A stretch of DNA of 64,000 bases, from sequence record NC_055780.1. One strand, 5' to 3'. The position numbers and the translations under genes were made by a program. Below the pieces are notes generated by a model. That model saw only the letters and a list, made by a program, of their open reading frames with translations, was not told where the DNA came from and searched no databases. Of the stretch, positions 17,805 to 27,114 are shown piece after piece. How positions within the stretch are numbered: the stretch's first letter is position 1; each line of letters opens with the position of its first letter. Origin of the DNA: Escherichia phage MLF4.

Positions 17805-18125
17805 ATGACTATTGAAAATAAATTAGATGTTGATGCAGTTCTGAGCGAAATCATTGAAGACCATGATGCATTTTCGGAAAACTATGATTTCGATTTTTCC
17901 AATTATCTTAAACCTGTCGAAATAGAAGACTGGGTGCAAGATGGTAAATGTCAATATCGTCAGTGTGTTTACTTTAGTCCAAAACATAATGTACATGTGG
18001 CTGTAAATGAATCTCGGTCAGGTTCTTATCATTCTGACTGGTATTATGCAGTTCCGACTGTTGAACTAGTCGAGCTCCATGAACGTGTAGTAACTCAGAC
18101 AGTACGAGAATGGATTACGCTATAA
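17805..18125 (+). CDS. hypothetical protein (106 aa)
   Basis: First ATG of the ORF; upstream AT-rich, weak SD. Confidence 0.45.
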   Translation: MTIENKLDVDAVLSEIIEDHDAFSENYDFDFSNYLKPVEIEDWVQDGKCQYRQCVYFSPKHNVHVAVNESRSGSYHSDWYYAVPTVELVELHERVVTQTVREWITL

Positions 18126-18265
18126 AACCTTGGTGGGCGGCTAGATGGGAAACTGTAGAGTCAGAGCCGGAAGAACCGGTTTACACTGATGAAGAAACAG
18201 TATATAATGAACCAACGATAAATGACTTAATTGATATGGAGATGGGACATGATTACAGTAGATAA
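18110..18265 (+). CDS. possible small acidic protein (51 aa)
   Basis: ATG ORF bridging two genes, overlapping both by about 16 nt; below ORF-track cutoff; weak SD. Confidence 0.25.
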   Translation: MDYAIKPWWAARWETVESEPEEPVYTDEETVYNEPTINDLIDMEMGHDYSR

Positions 18266-18734
18266 GTGGTTTAGAATTAATCGTACTGATACAGGGCTGT
18301 GTAATTACTGGCCGGAACTTAGTGCAGGTACTGTCTTTAAAGTTCGTGAACTCGCAAAAGAATGTGAAGATGATATAGAGCCTGACACTGGAATTATTGA
18401 AATTGAACTTTCTGATGGAAAAATTATTAACATCTACGATAAGCCAATTACGTATTGGTGCTTGTGGAATACTGAATCAGTAGAAAATGGCGAAATTGAA
18501 GAAGTTGTAGAGAGAACTAATCAAGTTGTTCAGAAGCCTAAAGCCGATTTTCAAGGTGAACGTATTCCATACGCATTAGCTAAATTAGCTGCGCAAGAAA
18601 ATAACGATGGCTATGAAGGTAACCTGATGCAAGCTGCCGCAGAATACATTGAATGGCTTGAAAATCAAATTTCTTTTTCTGACCAAAAGATTCGGCAATA
18701 TAAGCGATTGAATCAAATGTTTTACAATACTTGA
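18249..18734 (+). CDS. hypothetical protein (161 aa) at the pin (protease-inhibitor) position next to gene 49
   Basis: ORF-track start 18231 is TTG; ATG 18249 after GGAGATGGG; assignment by size and position only. Confidence 0.45.
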   Translation: MITVDKWFRINRTDTGLCNYWPELSAGTVFKVRELAKECEDDIEPDTGIIEIELSDGKIINIYDKPITYWCLWNTESVENGEIEEVVERTNQVVQKPKADFQGERIPYALAKLAAQENNDGYEGNLMQAAAEYIEWLENQISFSDQKIRQYKRLNQMFYNT

Positions 18735-18745
18735 AAATAATAAAT

Positions 18746-18770
18746 ACCCTTATCTATTTAAGGTAAGGGT
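18746..18770 (+). promoter_or_regulatory. leader hairpin upstream of gene 49 (ACCCTTA / TAAGGGT, 11-nt loop)
   Basis: 7-bp inverted repeat covering the AAGG of the gene 49 RBS. Confidence 0.4.
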
Positions 18771-18775
18771 TTATT

Positions 18776-19249
18776 ATGTTATTGACTGGCAAATTATATA
18801 AAGAAGAAAAACAGAAATTTTATGATGCACAAAACGGTAAATGCTTAATTTGCCAACGAGAACTAAATCCTGATGTTCAAGCTAATCACCTTGACCATGA
18901 CCATGAATTAAATGGACCAAAAGCAGGAAAGGTACGTGGATTGCTTTGTAATCTCTGCAATGCCGCAGAAGGTCAAATGAAGCATAAATTTAATCGTTCT
19001 GGCTTAAAGGGACAAGGTGTTGATTATCTTGAATGGTTAGAAAATTTACTTACTTATTTAAAATCCGATTACACCCAAAATAATATTCACCCTAACTTTG
19101 TTGGAGATAAATCAAAGGAATTTTCTCGTTTAGGAAAAGAGGAAATGATGGCTGAGATGCTTCAAAGAGGATTTGAATATAATGAATCTGACACTAAAAC
19201 ACAATTAATAGCTTCATTTAAGAAGCAGCTTAGAAAGAGTTTAAAATGA
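18776..19249 (+). CDS. 49: endonuclease VII, Holliday-junction resolvase (157 aa)
   Basis: N-terminus MLLTGKLYKEEKQKFYDAQNGKCLICQ and HDHELNGPKAG motif match recollection of T4 gp49. Confidence 0.85.
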   Translation: MLLTGKLYKEEKQKFYDAQNGKCLICQRELNPDVQANHLDHDHELNGPKAGKVRGLLCNLCNAAEGQMKHKFNRSGLKGQGVDYLEWLENLLTYLKSDYTQNNIHPNFVGDKSKEFSRLGKEEMMAEMLQRGFEYNESDTKTQLIASFKKQLRKSLK

Positions 19250-21063
19250 CAATTGAAAAAGAAATTGAAGGATTGATTCATAAAACTAATAAAGACCTTT
19301 TAAACGAGAATGCTAATAAAGATTCTCGTGTTTTTCCAACTCAACGGGACCTTATGGCTGGTATTGTGTCTAAACACATTGCCAAAAATATGGTCCCGTC
19401 TTTTATTATGAAAGCGCATGAAAGCGGAATTATTCATTTCCATGATATTGATTATTCCCCTGCTCTTCCATTTACTAATTGCTGTTTAGTAGATTTAAAA
19501 GGAATGCTTGAGAACGGATTTAAGCTTGGTAATGCACAGATTGAAACTCCTAAATCAATCGGTGTTGCTACTGCAATTATGGCACAAATTACTGCACAGG
19601 TTGCTTCCCATCAATACGGCGGAACGACTTTTGCTAATGTAGATAAAGTACTTTCTCCTTATGTTAAACGCACCTATGCAAAACATATTGAAGATGCAGA
19701 AAAATGGCAAATCGCTGATGCGTTGAATTATGCTCAATCTAAAACAGAAAAAGATGTATACGATGCATTCCAAGCTTATGAATATGAAGTAAATACTCTC
19801 TTTAGTTCAAACGGACAAACACCTTTTGTAACAATTACATTTGGTACAGGAACTGACTGGACTGAACGAATGATTCAGAAAGCAATTCTGAAAAATCGTA
19901 TTAAAGGTCTCGGTCGTGATGGGATAACTCCTATTTTCCCTAAGCTTGTTATGTTCGTTGAAGAAGGTGTTAATCTTTATAAAGACGATCCGAACTATGA
20001 TATTAAACAGCTTGCTCTAGAGTGCGCAAGCAAAAGAATGTATCCTGATATTATTTCAGCTAAGAACAATAAAGCTATCACTGGCTCATCTATTCCTGTT
20101 TCTCCAATGGGTTGTCGTAGTTTCTTGAGCGTATGGAAAGATTCGACTGGCAATGAAATTCTTGATGGACGTAATAATCTCGGTGTTGTAACACTGAATC
20201 TTCCTCGTATCGCATTAGATTCTTATATTGGAACACAGTTCAATGAACAGAAATTTATCGAATTGTTCAATGAACGAATGGATTTATGTTTTGAAGCTTT
20301 GATGTGTAGAATTAGTTCCTTAAAAGGAGTTAAAGCGACTGTTGCTCCTATTCTTTACCAAGAAGGTGCATTCGGGGTTCGTCTTAAACCTGATGACGAT
20401 ATAATTGAGTTATTTAAAAACGGCAGAAGTTCAGTGTCTTTAGGATACATTGGTATTCATGAATTGAATATTCTTGTCGGTCGTGATATTGGACAAGAAA
20501 TTTTAACTAAAATGAATGCTCGTCTTAAGCAGTGGACTGAAAGAACCGGATTTGCTTTTAGTTTATATTCGACTCCTGCTGAAAACCTTTGTTATCGCTT
20601 CTGTAAACTCGATACCGAAAAATATGGAAGTGTAAAGGATGTTACCGATAAAGGCTGGTACACTAACAGTTTCCATGTTTCAGTAGAAGAAAATATTACT
20701 CCGTTTGAAAAGATTTCTCGCGAAGCGCCGTATCATTTCATTGCGACAGGCGGTCACATTTCTTATGTTGAACTTCCAGATATGAAAAACAATTTAAAGG
20801 GTCTTGAGGCTGTCTGGGATTATGCTGCACAACATTTAGATTATTTTGGTGTTAATATGCCGGTAGATAAATGTTTTACATGCGGAAGTACCCATGAAAT
20901 GACTCCTACTGAAAACGGATTTGTTTGTTCTATCTGTGGAGAAACTGATCCTAAAAAGATGAACACAATAAGAAGAACATGTGGTTATTTGGGAAATCCG
21001 AACGAACGTGGATTTAATCTCGGTAAAAATAAAGAAATCATGCATAGGGTTAAACACCAATGA
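19246..21063 (+). CDS. nrdD: anaerobic ribonucleoside-triphosphate reductase (605 aa), uninterrupted
   Basis: C-terminal Zn site CFTCG..CSICG and glycyl-radical motif RRTCGYLG; single frame, no intron. Confidence 0.9.
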   Translation: MTIEKEIEGLIHKTNKDLLNENANKDSRVFPTQRDLMAGIVSKHIAKNMVPSFIMKAHESGIIHFHDIDYSPALPFTNCCLVDLKGMLENGFKLGNAQIETPKSIGVATAIMAQITAQVASHQYGGTTFANVDKVLSPYVKRTYAKHIEDAEKWQIADALNYAQSKTEKDVYDAFQAYEYEVNTLFSSNGQTPFVTITFGTGTDWTERMIQKAILKNRIKGLGRDGITPIFPKLVMFVEEGVNLYKDDPNYDIKQLALECASKRMYPDIISAKNNKAITGSSIPVSPMGCRSFLSVWKDSTGNEILDGRNNLGVVTLNLPRIALDSYIGTQFNEQKFIELFNERMDLCFEALMCRISSLKGVKATVAPILYQEGAFGVRLKPDDDIIELFKNGRSSVSLGYIGIHELNILVGRDIGQEILTKMNARLKQWTERTGFAFSLYSTPAENLCYRFCKLDTEKYGSVKDVTDKGWYTNSFHVSVEENITPFEKISREAPYHFIATGGHISYVELPDMKNNLKGLEAVWDYAAQHLDYFGVNMPVDKCFTCGSTHEMTPTENGFVCSICGETDPKKMNTIRRTCGYLGNPNERGFNLGKNKEIMHRVKHQ

Positions 21064-21530
21064 ATTATGATAGATTTTATCCTTGCGATTTTGTGAATGG
21101 CCCTGGTTGCAGGGTCGTTCTTTTCGTTACAGGTTGTTTGCATAAATGTGAAGGGTGTTATAATAAATCAACATGGAATGCTAGAAATGGTATTCCATTC
21201 ACTGGTGAAACACTAGAACAATTAATTGAATGTTTGAATAATGATTATATAGAAGGATTAACTATAACTGGGGGTGACCCTCTTTATCCTGATAACAGAG
21301 ACGTGATTCACTCTGTGGTTCAAACTATTAAAAATCTTTATCCCAATAAAAGCATTTGGTTGTGGACAGGATATAAGTTTGAAGATATTAAACAACTAGA
21401 AATGCTTAAATATGTTGATGTTATTATTGATGGGAAGTATGAGAAAAATCTTCCGACTAAAAAGCTGTGGCGAGGATCAGATAATCAGCGACTTTGGTCA
21501 AATACCGATGGGGTGTGGACACATGATTAA
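21060..21530 (+). CDS. nrdG: anaerobic RNR activating radical-SAM protein (156 aa)
   Basis: ATGA overlap with nrdD; CLHKCEGC (CxxxCxxC) cluster. Confidence 0.85.
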   Translation: MNYDRFYPCDFVNGPGCRVVLFVTGCLHKCEGCYNKSTWNARNGIPFTGETLEQLIECLNNDYIEGLTITGGDPLYPDNRDVIHSVVQTIKNLYPNKSIWLWTGYKFEDIKQLEMLKYVDVIIDGKYEKNLPTKKLWRGSDNQRLWSNTDGVWTHD

Positions 21531-21645
21531 ATTGAATTACATTATGGATACTATAAATGATATGATTTTTCATTTTGGTCCAGAATTTTATTCGCAATAT
21601 AGTTTAGTGCTTATCAATGCTTGGTTAATCAATTAAGGGTAAAAT

Positions 21646-21861
21646 ATGTATAAATTTCGTAAAGGTTTAGCTGATTTTCTTACAACTGTAACGTTCTTTC
21701 TGTTTATGGCAGTTGGAGCTATTTTCCTTATTCCTTTTATTGTTGTATTTTTCGTGATTAGTTTAATTTCTCCAGAAAAGGGCTTATCTTCTAGTGAGTT
21801 CAATGAGCGTCTGGATAAAATTACTAACAAGCTGAATGCTGTTCTTGATAAAAAGGCTTAA
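21646..21861 (+). CDS. membrane protein (71 aa)
   Basis: One long hydrophobic segment. Confidence 0.45.
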   Translation: MYKFRKGLADFLTTVTFFLFMAVGAIFLIPFIVVFFVISLISPEKGLSSSEFNERLDKITNKLNAVLDKKA

Positions 21862-21863
21862 TT

Positions 21864-22175
21864 ATGATTAGTTTTGAGCGGTATGTAGTAGAGAGTTGGA
21901 AGGGGTTTGATATGTTCGGTAATGACTATTATTTTTACGAATGTAGTCTAAATCCTAGTTTTTGGGCTGGACGTGAACGAGATCTCGAAGAAATTAATGC
22001 TCGTGCCGAATTGTTAGGTGAACTGCCTACGGTTTATTTTACCTTTGATGCATCTGGATTTGTTATCCAGGTTTATTTTCCTGAAGAAAACTCTGGTGAG
22101 GATTCTGTTAATCCTCCTTATTGGGCTTACCAAGGAATTATTTCTCGTGGAACAAAACTCGAACTTAAAGAATAA
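21864..22175 (+). CDS. hypothetical protein (103 aa)
   Basis: ATG after AAAAGG. Confidence 0.45.
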   Translation: MISFERYVVESWKGFDMFGNDYYFYECSLNPSFWAGRERDLEEINARAELLGELPTVYFTFDASGFVIQVYFPEENSGEDSVNPPYWAYQGIISRGTKLELKE

Positions 22176-22176
22176 G

Positions 22177-22470
22177 ATTGAAGTCTACGGAATTCCAGAT
22201 GAAGTTGGTCGTTGTCCTGGATGTCAATCAGTTACAAAACTTCTAAAGGAGCTCAATGCTCCTTTTACTTTCTATAAAGTTCTTACTAATAATGGTAAGA
22301 TTGAGTACGATCGCCCATTGATTGTATCTCTTGCTAAACGCGCTGGATTCACATCTCTTAATATTCGGTATCCTGTCATTTTCATTAATGATTCTAGACA
22401 AAAGAACATTAAACACTTCAAAGAAACTCTCATTTCACTTGGATATGATAGAGATATCATAGAAGACTAA
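22177..22470 (+). CDS. NrdH/glutaredoxin-like protein, no canonical start codon
   Basis: Frame encodes KIEVYGIPDEVGRCPGCQ; no in-frame ATG/GTG/TTG after the upstream stop; coordinates assume ATT at 22177. Confidence 0.4.
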   Translation: MEVYGIPDEVGRCPGCQSVTKLLKELNAPFTFYKVLTNNGKIEYDRPLIVSLAKRAGFTSLNIRYPVIFINDSRQKNIKHFKETLISLGYDRDIIED

Positions 22471-22474
22471 GACG

Positions 22475-22497
22475 GGCCCTCTGGGCCTTTCTTTCTT
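22475..22497 (+). terminator. hairpin terminator (GGCCC-TCT-GGGCC + T-rich)
   Basis: 5-bp GC stem followed by TTTCTTTCTT. Confidence 0.5.
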
Positions 22498-22568
22498 ACA
22501 TTCTGTATATTACCATTCTAAGCTATCGTTCCTTTCTTATCATTCCCTAAAATATTTTTCACAAAGTT

Positions 22569-22598
22569 GTTTACAACAAGCTCAAACTGTGGTATTAT
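22569..22598 (+). promoter_or_regulatory. T4-type early promoter with TTTTCACAAA upstream element
   Basis: GTTTAC 22569-22574, 18-nt spacer, TATTAT 22593-22598. Confidence 0.6.
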
Positions 22599-22628
22599 TA
22601 ACACATGAATTGCCTTTGAGGAATTGAT

Positions 22629-22811
22629 ATGGTTGTGGTTGATAAAGAAATTAAAAAGGGGCAGTATTATCTCATTAATGGTAATGCTGTTCGTGTTACT
22701 CATGTAAATAGTTTTGAAGTTTGCTATATTATACTCAAGTTACATAAACGCATGATTTGCGATCGTGCTGCATTTAGTTCAGTTGCTAAGGAAATTAAAC
22801 TCCATGGGTAA
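22629..22811 (+). CDS. hypothetical protein (60 aa)
   Basis: ATG after GAGGAATTGA. Confidence 0.4.
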   Translation: MVVVDKEIKKGQYYLINGNAVRVTHVNSFEVCYIILKLHKRMICDRAAFSSVAKEIKLHG

Positions 22812-23097
22812 AACGTATCGTCGTAAAGATTTAAAAGTACGTGATTATGACTATTTCGGAAAGCGTAAAGCTCCTGATGGGGTAAGTCATAAAGATATGG
22901 TTGAAAACATTTTTCGCTCAGATAAATGGCGTAGAATGAAAGGTATTGATTCAGAAGTTAAAGATGAGCTAAATCGCCAATTACGTGGTGAAGTAAGAAA
23001 GTTGAAAAAATCAGTTTACATTGACGATGATTTTGATTATAATACTTCTCAACGAGTTGCTAAACGTAAATCAAACGAGTGTTATCGTTACAGCTGA
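22804..23097 (+). CDS. hypothetical basic protein (97 aa)
   Basis: ORF-track start 22765 is GTG; first ATG at 22804; Lys/Arg-rich. Confidence 0.4.
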   Translation: MGKTYRRKDLKVRDYDYFGKRKAPDGVSHKDMVENIFRSDKWRRMKGIDSEVKDELNRQLRGEVRKLKKSVYIDDDFDYNTSQRVAKRKSNECYRYS

Positions 23098-23104
23098 GGA
23101 AATT

Positions 23105-23236
23105 ATGAATATCAAACGAATGCTTTTTAAGCAGGGGTTATACACTTTAAATGTTACTCCAAAAGGTGATACAACTAAGTGGTCAGTAAATGACTGGATT
23201 AAATTTATTGATGAAAACGGTAACTGGAAAATTTAA
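23105..23236 (+). CDS. possible small protein (43 aa)
   Basis: ATG after GAGGAAA; ORF-track start 23021 lies inside upstream gene. Confidence 0.25.
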   Translation: MNIKRMLFKQGLYTLNVTPKGDTTKWSVNDWIKFIDENGNWKI

Positions 23237-23437
23237 ATGAATCCTGAATCTAAATTATCACAACGAATTGCCGAATCTCGTCGTCAGTTCTTTGAAAATA
23301 TGATAGCCCAAGGTATTGATGACGAAGTTTTTCTAAACTGGTTTTGGAATCACAAATATTCAAGTTGCTCAGGAGCAATATTAATATCAGCCGCAATGAT
23401 GTACGAAGGCTGGAAGGGTGCCAAAAAGTTTAGCTAA
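23237..23437 (+). CDS. hypothetical protein (66 aa)
   Basis: ATG abutting upstream stop; followed by terminator hairpin. Confidence 0.4.
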   Translation: MNPESKLSQRIAESRRQFFENMIAQGIDDEVFLNWFWNHKYSSCSGAILISAAMMYEGWKGAKKFS

Positions 23438-23454
23438 GGGCTTCGGCCCTTTTT
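23436..23454 (+). terminator. hairpin terminator AAGGGC-TTCG-GCCCTT + T-run
   Basis: 16-nt element identical to copies at 27075, 31785 and 63109. Confidence 0.55.
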
Positions 23455-23489
23455 GGATAATAAAATTTTAACGCAATTGAGGATAATGT

Positions 23490-23816
23490 ATGACTATTCA
23501 AATTAAAAACGTCATTAATTCTTACGCATATGATAAAGTAGTTTCTTTGCTAGAAAAAGGCGATATTGTAACTCCTCAAATTTTGGATAAATGGGAAAAA
23601 GAGCTTCATCAAACGATGAAACAGAATGATCAGAAGATTGGACGCAATACTGTCCGTGAATTGTTGGTTCAATATATCTTGTCAGAATTTGATGTTAAAG
23701 CTTTTGGCGTAGAATCTAAAGCTTATCAAAAGCATGAAATTTCCGATAAAACTATTCGTCGCATGAAAAATCAACGCAAGAAAAAATTTGCAGACCTGAA
23801 AATTACTAAGGTATAA
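23490..23816 (+). CDS. hypothetical protein (108 aa)
   Basis: ATG after TGAGGAT. Confidence 0.45.
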   Translation: MTIQIKNVINSYAYDKVVSLLEKGDIVTPQILDKWEKELHQTMKQNDQKIGRNTVRELLVQYILSEFDVKAFGVESKAYQKHEISDKTIRRMKNQRKKKFADLKITKV

Positions 23817-23818
23817 TT

Positions 23819-24034
23819 ATGAACGAAGCTCTTATTAACGATTTGCGTCTTGCCGGATATGAAGTAAATACAAATGGCATTGGTTTAACTCAAATTGAAG
23901 GAAATGGATTCATCCTTGAGTATGAATTTAGCCAATGGTGGTTATACGCTAATTACGGCGAATTGATTGAATATGTTGATCAATTTGATTCACTAGATGC
24001 AGCTCTTGAAGCGGCTAAGTTGATGAATGTATGA
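23819..24034 (+). CDS. hypothetical acidic protein (71 aa)
   Basis: ATG 2 nt after upstream stop. Confidence 0.45.
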   Translation: MNEALINDLRLAGYEVNTNGIGLTQIEGNGFILEYEFSQWWLYANYGELIEYVDQFDSLDAALEAAKLMNV

Positions 24035-24300
24035 AATTTATTAATATTTCTATTACTATTGAAAATTATGGCATTTTCTATGTTGACCAATACATGAAAA
24101 TTTCATTTTTCCCAAATAAGACTGGTGTTGGATATTGGGAAAGCCATGTTTCTGAATTAAATGAAAGTGAATATGTTAGTACACATGAAAAGTTTTTAGA
24201 CTTTTTATATCATGCTGATCTAACTAGTCATTATATAGATATTCATGAATTTAAAAAGATGATGGAAAAAGTATTCCAAGCATACTGTTTACTTAGATAA
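24031..24300 (+). CDS. hypothetical protein (89 aa)
   Basis: ATGA overlap. Confidence 0.45.
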   Translation: MKFINISITIENYGIFYVDQYMKISFFPNKTGVGYWESHVSELNESEYVSTHEKFLDFLYHADLTSHYIDIHEFKKMMEKVFQAYCLLR

Positions 24301-24312
24301 CTGATATCCTCT

Positions 24313-24349
24313 ATGCTTTAAGATAGATCTTCAAATATTATGATATAAT
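24313..24349 (+). promoter_or_regulatory. possible middle/early promoter upstream of gene 55 (MotA-box-like ATGCTTTA)
   Basis: ATGCTTTA 24313-24320; TATAAT 24344-24349 flanked by TAGATC/GATCTA inverted repeat; spacing not ideal. Confidence 0.3.
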
Positions 24350-24378
24350 AGATCTATGAATTGAGCTAAGAGGTGAAA

Positions 24379-24936
24379 ATGTCAGAAACTAAGCCTAAAT
24401 ATAATTACGTAAACAATAAAGAGCTTTTACAAGCTATTATTGATTGGAAAACAGAATTAGCAAATAATAAAGACCCAAATAAAGTAGTTCGTCAGAATGA
24501 TACTATCGGATTAGCCATTATGCTTATTGCAGAAGGCTTATCTAAACGTTTCAACTTTTCAGGATACACCCAGTCTTGGAAACAAGAAATGATTGCAGAT
24601 GGTATAGAAGCTTCTATTAAGGGGCTTCACAATTTTGATGAAACGAAATATAAAAACCCACATGCATATATAACTCAAGCTTGTTTTAATGCATTCGTCC
24701 AGCGTATTAAAAAAGAACGTAAGGAAGTTGCAAAGAAATATAGTTACTTCGTTCACAATGTCTATGACAGCCGTGACGACGATATGGTTGCGTTAGTAGA
24801 TGAAACTTTTATTCAAGACATCTACGATAAAATGACGCATTACGAAGAATCAACCTATAGAACACCGGGGGCTGAAAAGAAAAGTGTTGTAGACGATTCT
24901 CCTAGTTTGGATTTTTTATATGAGGCTAACGATTAA
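24379..24936 (+). CDS. 55: late-transcription sigma factor gp55 (185 aa)
   Basis: ORF-track start 24373 is GTG; ATG 24379 after AAGAGG; N-terminus [24 protein letters not shown] matches recollection. Confidence 0.85.
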
Positions 24937-25138
24937 CCTCTCCGGATTCTTGGAAGAAATACCTGAAGTTGAAGCTATTCCCTATTTACTTAAAATGTAT
25001 CTCAGGGAAGTTTTAGCTCTTGACATTGATATTGATCCAGAAAATCCGTATGATACCGCTTTTAAATCTAATGGTGTAGAATTAAACTATCGGTATCATT
25101 TAACAGATGATGATTTTTATTTTATATTAGAGAAATAA
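24920..25138 (+). CDS. hypothetical protein (72 aa)
   Basis: ATG overlapping gp55 3' end by 17 nt; no clear SD. Confidence 0.35.
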
Positions 25139-25139
25139 T

Positions 25140-25457
25140 ATGACTGATAAACCCGAAATTAATGATGAAGTGGAAAAGCTTATTTCTTCTATTGAAGAAA
25201 AGAACCGTCTTGAAGCAGAAAGAAAAGCAAATAAGTTATTGTCTAAAAACAAACGCGAACTGAATCGTCTTTATAAGCACGCTCAGATCGCAGCTGAAAA
25301 CAATAATTTTGCTCAATACGAATATGCTATCAAGAAAAGTCGGGATATTCTAAAACAGCCATATAACGATGAACTCATCAGTATTCTTTGGAAGACTACT
25401 AGATCGCAGATTGAGGATATGATTGATGCTTACACACGTAAAATTCAAGCGTCTTAA
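25140..25457 (+). CDS. hypothetical protein (105 aa)
   Basis: ATG 2 nt after upstream stop. Confidence 0.45.
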   Translation: MTDKPEINDEVEKLISSIEEKNRLEAERKANKLLSKNKRELNRLYKHAQIAAENNNFAQYEYAIKKSRDILKQPYNDELISILWKTTRSQIEDMIDAYTRKIQAS

Positions 25458-25629
25458 AATTAATGCAGGATTTACTGAATCTTTGAATGGTCATCTTTGT
25501 GTGAAAATTTCTGAAAAAGAATACCATGATAGTTCAATTAAAGAAGTTAATCCTCCTATTGTAAGAGCAGACCCTAATATGAAAGTGTGGGTTGATTCTT
25601 ATCAAGTCAAAAAATGGTGGCAACTATGA
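25426..25629 (+). CDS. hypothetical protein (67 aa)
   Basis: ORF-track start 25423 is TTG; ATG 25426 after GAGGAT; overlaps upstream gene by 32 nt. Confidence 0.35.
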   Translation: MLTHVKFKRLKINAGFTESLNGHLCVKISEKEYHDSSIKEVNPPIVRADPNMKVWVDSYQVKKWWQL

Positions 25630-25804
25630 AAGATGAACACCCAGACTTCTGAAATAGATTATAATAAAATTCGTTCCTCTAAAGAGGAAATGATGAGACG
25701 CTTTAAAGAGTCTCATGATAAAGCTAAAGCAGAAGGAACTATAACATATAAGCGCATAAAATTTAAAAGTTCTAACGAGCCTCTATATGGCGTATTATGC
25801 GGAT

Positions 25805-25820
25805 AGGAGCTTCGGCTCCT
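25805..25820 (+). terminator. UUCG-loop hairpin (AGGAGC-TTCG-GCTCCT), no clean T-tract
   Basis: 6-bp stem with UUCG loop. Confidence 0.35.
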
Positions 25821-25823
25821 ATA

Positions 25824-25848
25824 TTGCTTTATAAATTTTTGGTAAAAT
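25824..25848 (+). promoter_or_regulatory. MotA-dependent middle-promoter-like element upstream of a-gt
   Basis: TTGCTTTA 25824-25831, 11-nt spacing, TAAAAT 25843-25848. Confidence 0.4.
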
Positions 25849-25872
25849 AAACCAAAACAAAGAGGATATTAA

Positions 25873-27075
25873 ATGAAAGTATGTATTTTTATGGCTCGAG
25901 GTCTTGAAGGTTGTGGTGTAACTAAATTTTCTCTTGAGCAACGTGATTGGTTTATTAAAAATGGTCATGAAGTAACTTTGGTTTATGCTAAAGATAAATC
26001 ATTTACTCGTAATTGTGCGCATGATTATAAATCATTTTCAATTCCGGTTTTATTGGCAAAAGAATACGATAAAACACTTAAGCTGGTAAATGATTGTGAT
26101 ATTCTAATTATCAATTCAGTTCCTGCTACTTCGGTTGAAGAAGACACTATTAATAACTATAAAAAAATTATTGATAACATTAAACCTTCTGTTCGTGTTG
26201 TAGTTTATCAACATGACCATTCTTCTCTTTCTTTGCGCCGAAATTTGGGATTAGAAGAAACTGTTCGTCGAGCTGATGTCATTTTTAGCCATTCTGATAA
26301 TGGTGATTTTAATAAAGTTCTGATGAAAGAATGGTATCCAGAAACTGTTTCTCTGTTTGATGATATTGAAGAAGCACCGACAGTATATAACTTTCAGCCT
26401 CCTATGGATATTGCGAAGGTTCGGTCAACCTACTGGAAAGATGTTTCTGAAATTAACATGAATATCAACCGTTGGATTGGTCGCACGACTACATGGAAAG
26501 GTTTTTATCAGATGTTTGATTTTCATGAAAAACATCTTAAACCTGCAGGACTAAGTACTATTATGGAAGGTCTGGAACGTTCTCCAGCGTTCATTCCTAT
26601 TAAAGAAAAAGGAATTCCATACGAGTATTATCGTCTTCATCAAGTAGACCAAATTAAAATTGCTCCTAATTTGCCAACGCAAATTCTTGACCGTTATGTA
26701 AATAGCGAAATGCTTGAACGCATGAGTAAATCCGGTTTTGGTTATCAGTTGAGTAAGTTGGATAAAAAATATCTACAACGTTCTTTAGAATATACTCATC
26801 TCGAGCTTGGTGCATGTGGAACAATTCCGGTATTTTGGAAATCTACTGGCGAAAATTTAAAATTCCGTGTTGATAATACTCCATTAATTTCTCATGATAG
26901 CGGTATCGTTTGGTTTGATGAAAATGACATGGAATCAACATTTGAACGTATTAAAGAACTGTCATCTGACCGAACTCTTTATGACCGTGAACGCGAAAAA
27001 GCTTATGAATTTTTGTATCAGCATCAAGATTCAAGCTTCTGCTTTAAAGAACAGTTTGACATTATTACAAAATAA
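25873..27075 (+). CDS. a-gt: DNA alpha-glucosyltransferase (400 aa)
   Basis: ATG after AAGAGGATATT; near-identical along its length to my recollection of T4 alpha-gt. Confidence 0.9.
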   Translation: MKVCIFMARGLEGCGVTKFSLEQRDWFIKNGHEVTLVYAKDKSFTRNCAHDYKSFSIPVLLAKEYDKTLKLVNDCDILIINSVPATSVEEDTINNYKKIIDNIKPSVRVVVYQHDHSSLSLRRNLGLEETVRRADVIFSHSDNGDFNKVLMKEWYPETVSLFDDIEEAPTVYNFQPPMDIAKVRSTYWKDVSEINMNINRWIGRTTTWKGFYQMFDFHEKHLKPAGLSTIMEGLERSPAFIPIKEKGIPYEYYRLHQVDQIKIAPNLPTQILDRYVNSEMLERMSKSGFGYQLSKLDKKYLQRSLEYTHLELGACGTIPVFWKSTGENLKFRVDNTPLISHDSGIVWFDENDMESTFERIKELSSDRTLYDREREKAYEFLYQHQDSSFCFKEQFDIITK

Positions 27076-27093
27076 AGGGCTTCGGCCCTTTAG
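27075..27093 (+). terminator. hairpin terminator AAGGGC-TTCG-GCCCTT
   Basis: Same 16-nt element as at 23436. Confidence 0.5.
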
Positions 27094-27114
27094 CTTTATA
27101 CGGAGTTTGATATA

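Noticed and set aside
21412-21636. 74-aa + strand ORF overlapping the 3' end of nrdG
   Set aside because: Out-of-frame overlap with nrdG for most of its length; only the last 100 nt are intergenic. A 30-aa ORF from ATG 21544 is possible but too short to support.
22018-22176. N-terminal 53 codons of the ORF-track NrdH-like ORF
   Set aside because: Overlaps the upstream gene out of frame and encodes a hydrophobic stretch unrelated to glutaredoxins; only the part after 22177 is credible.
25691-25807. 38-aa ORF after a GAGGAAATG SD in the intergenic region upstream of a-gt
   Set aside because: Too short and ends inside the hairpin; kept out of the feature list although an SD is present.
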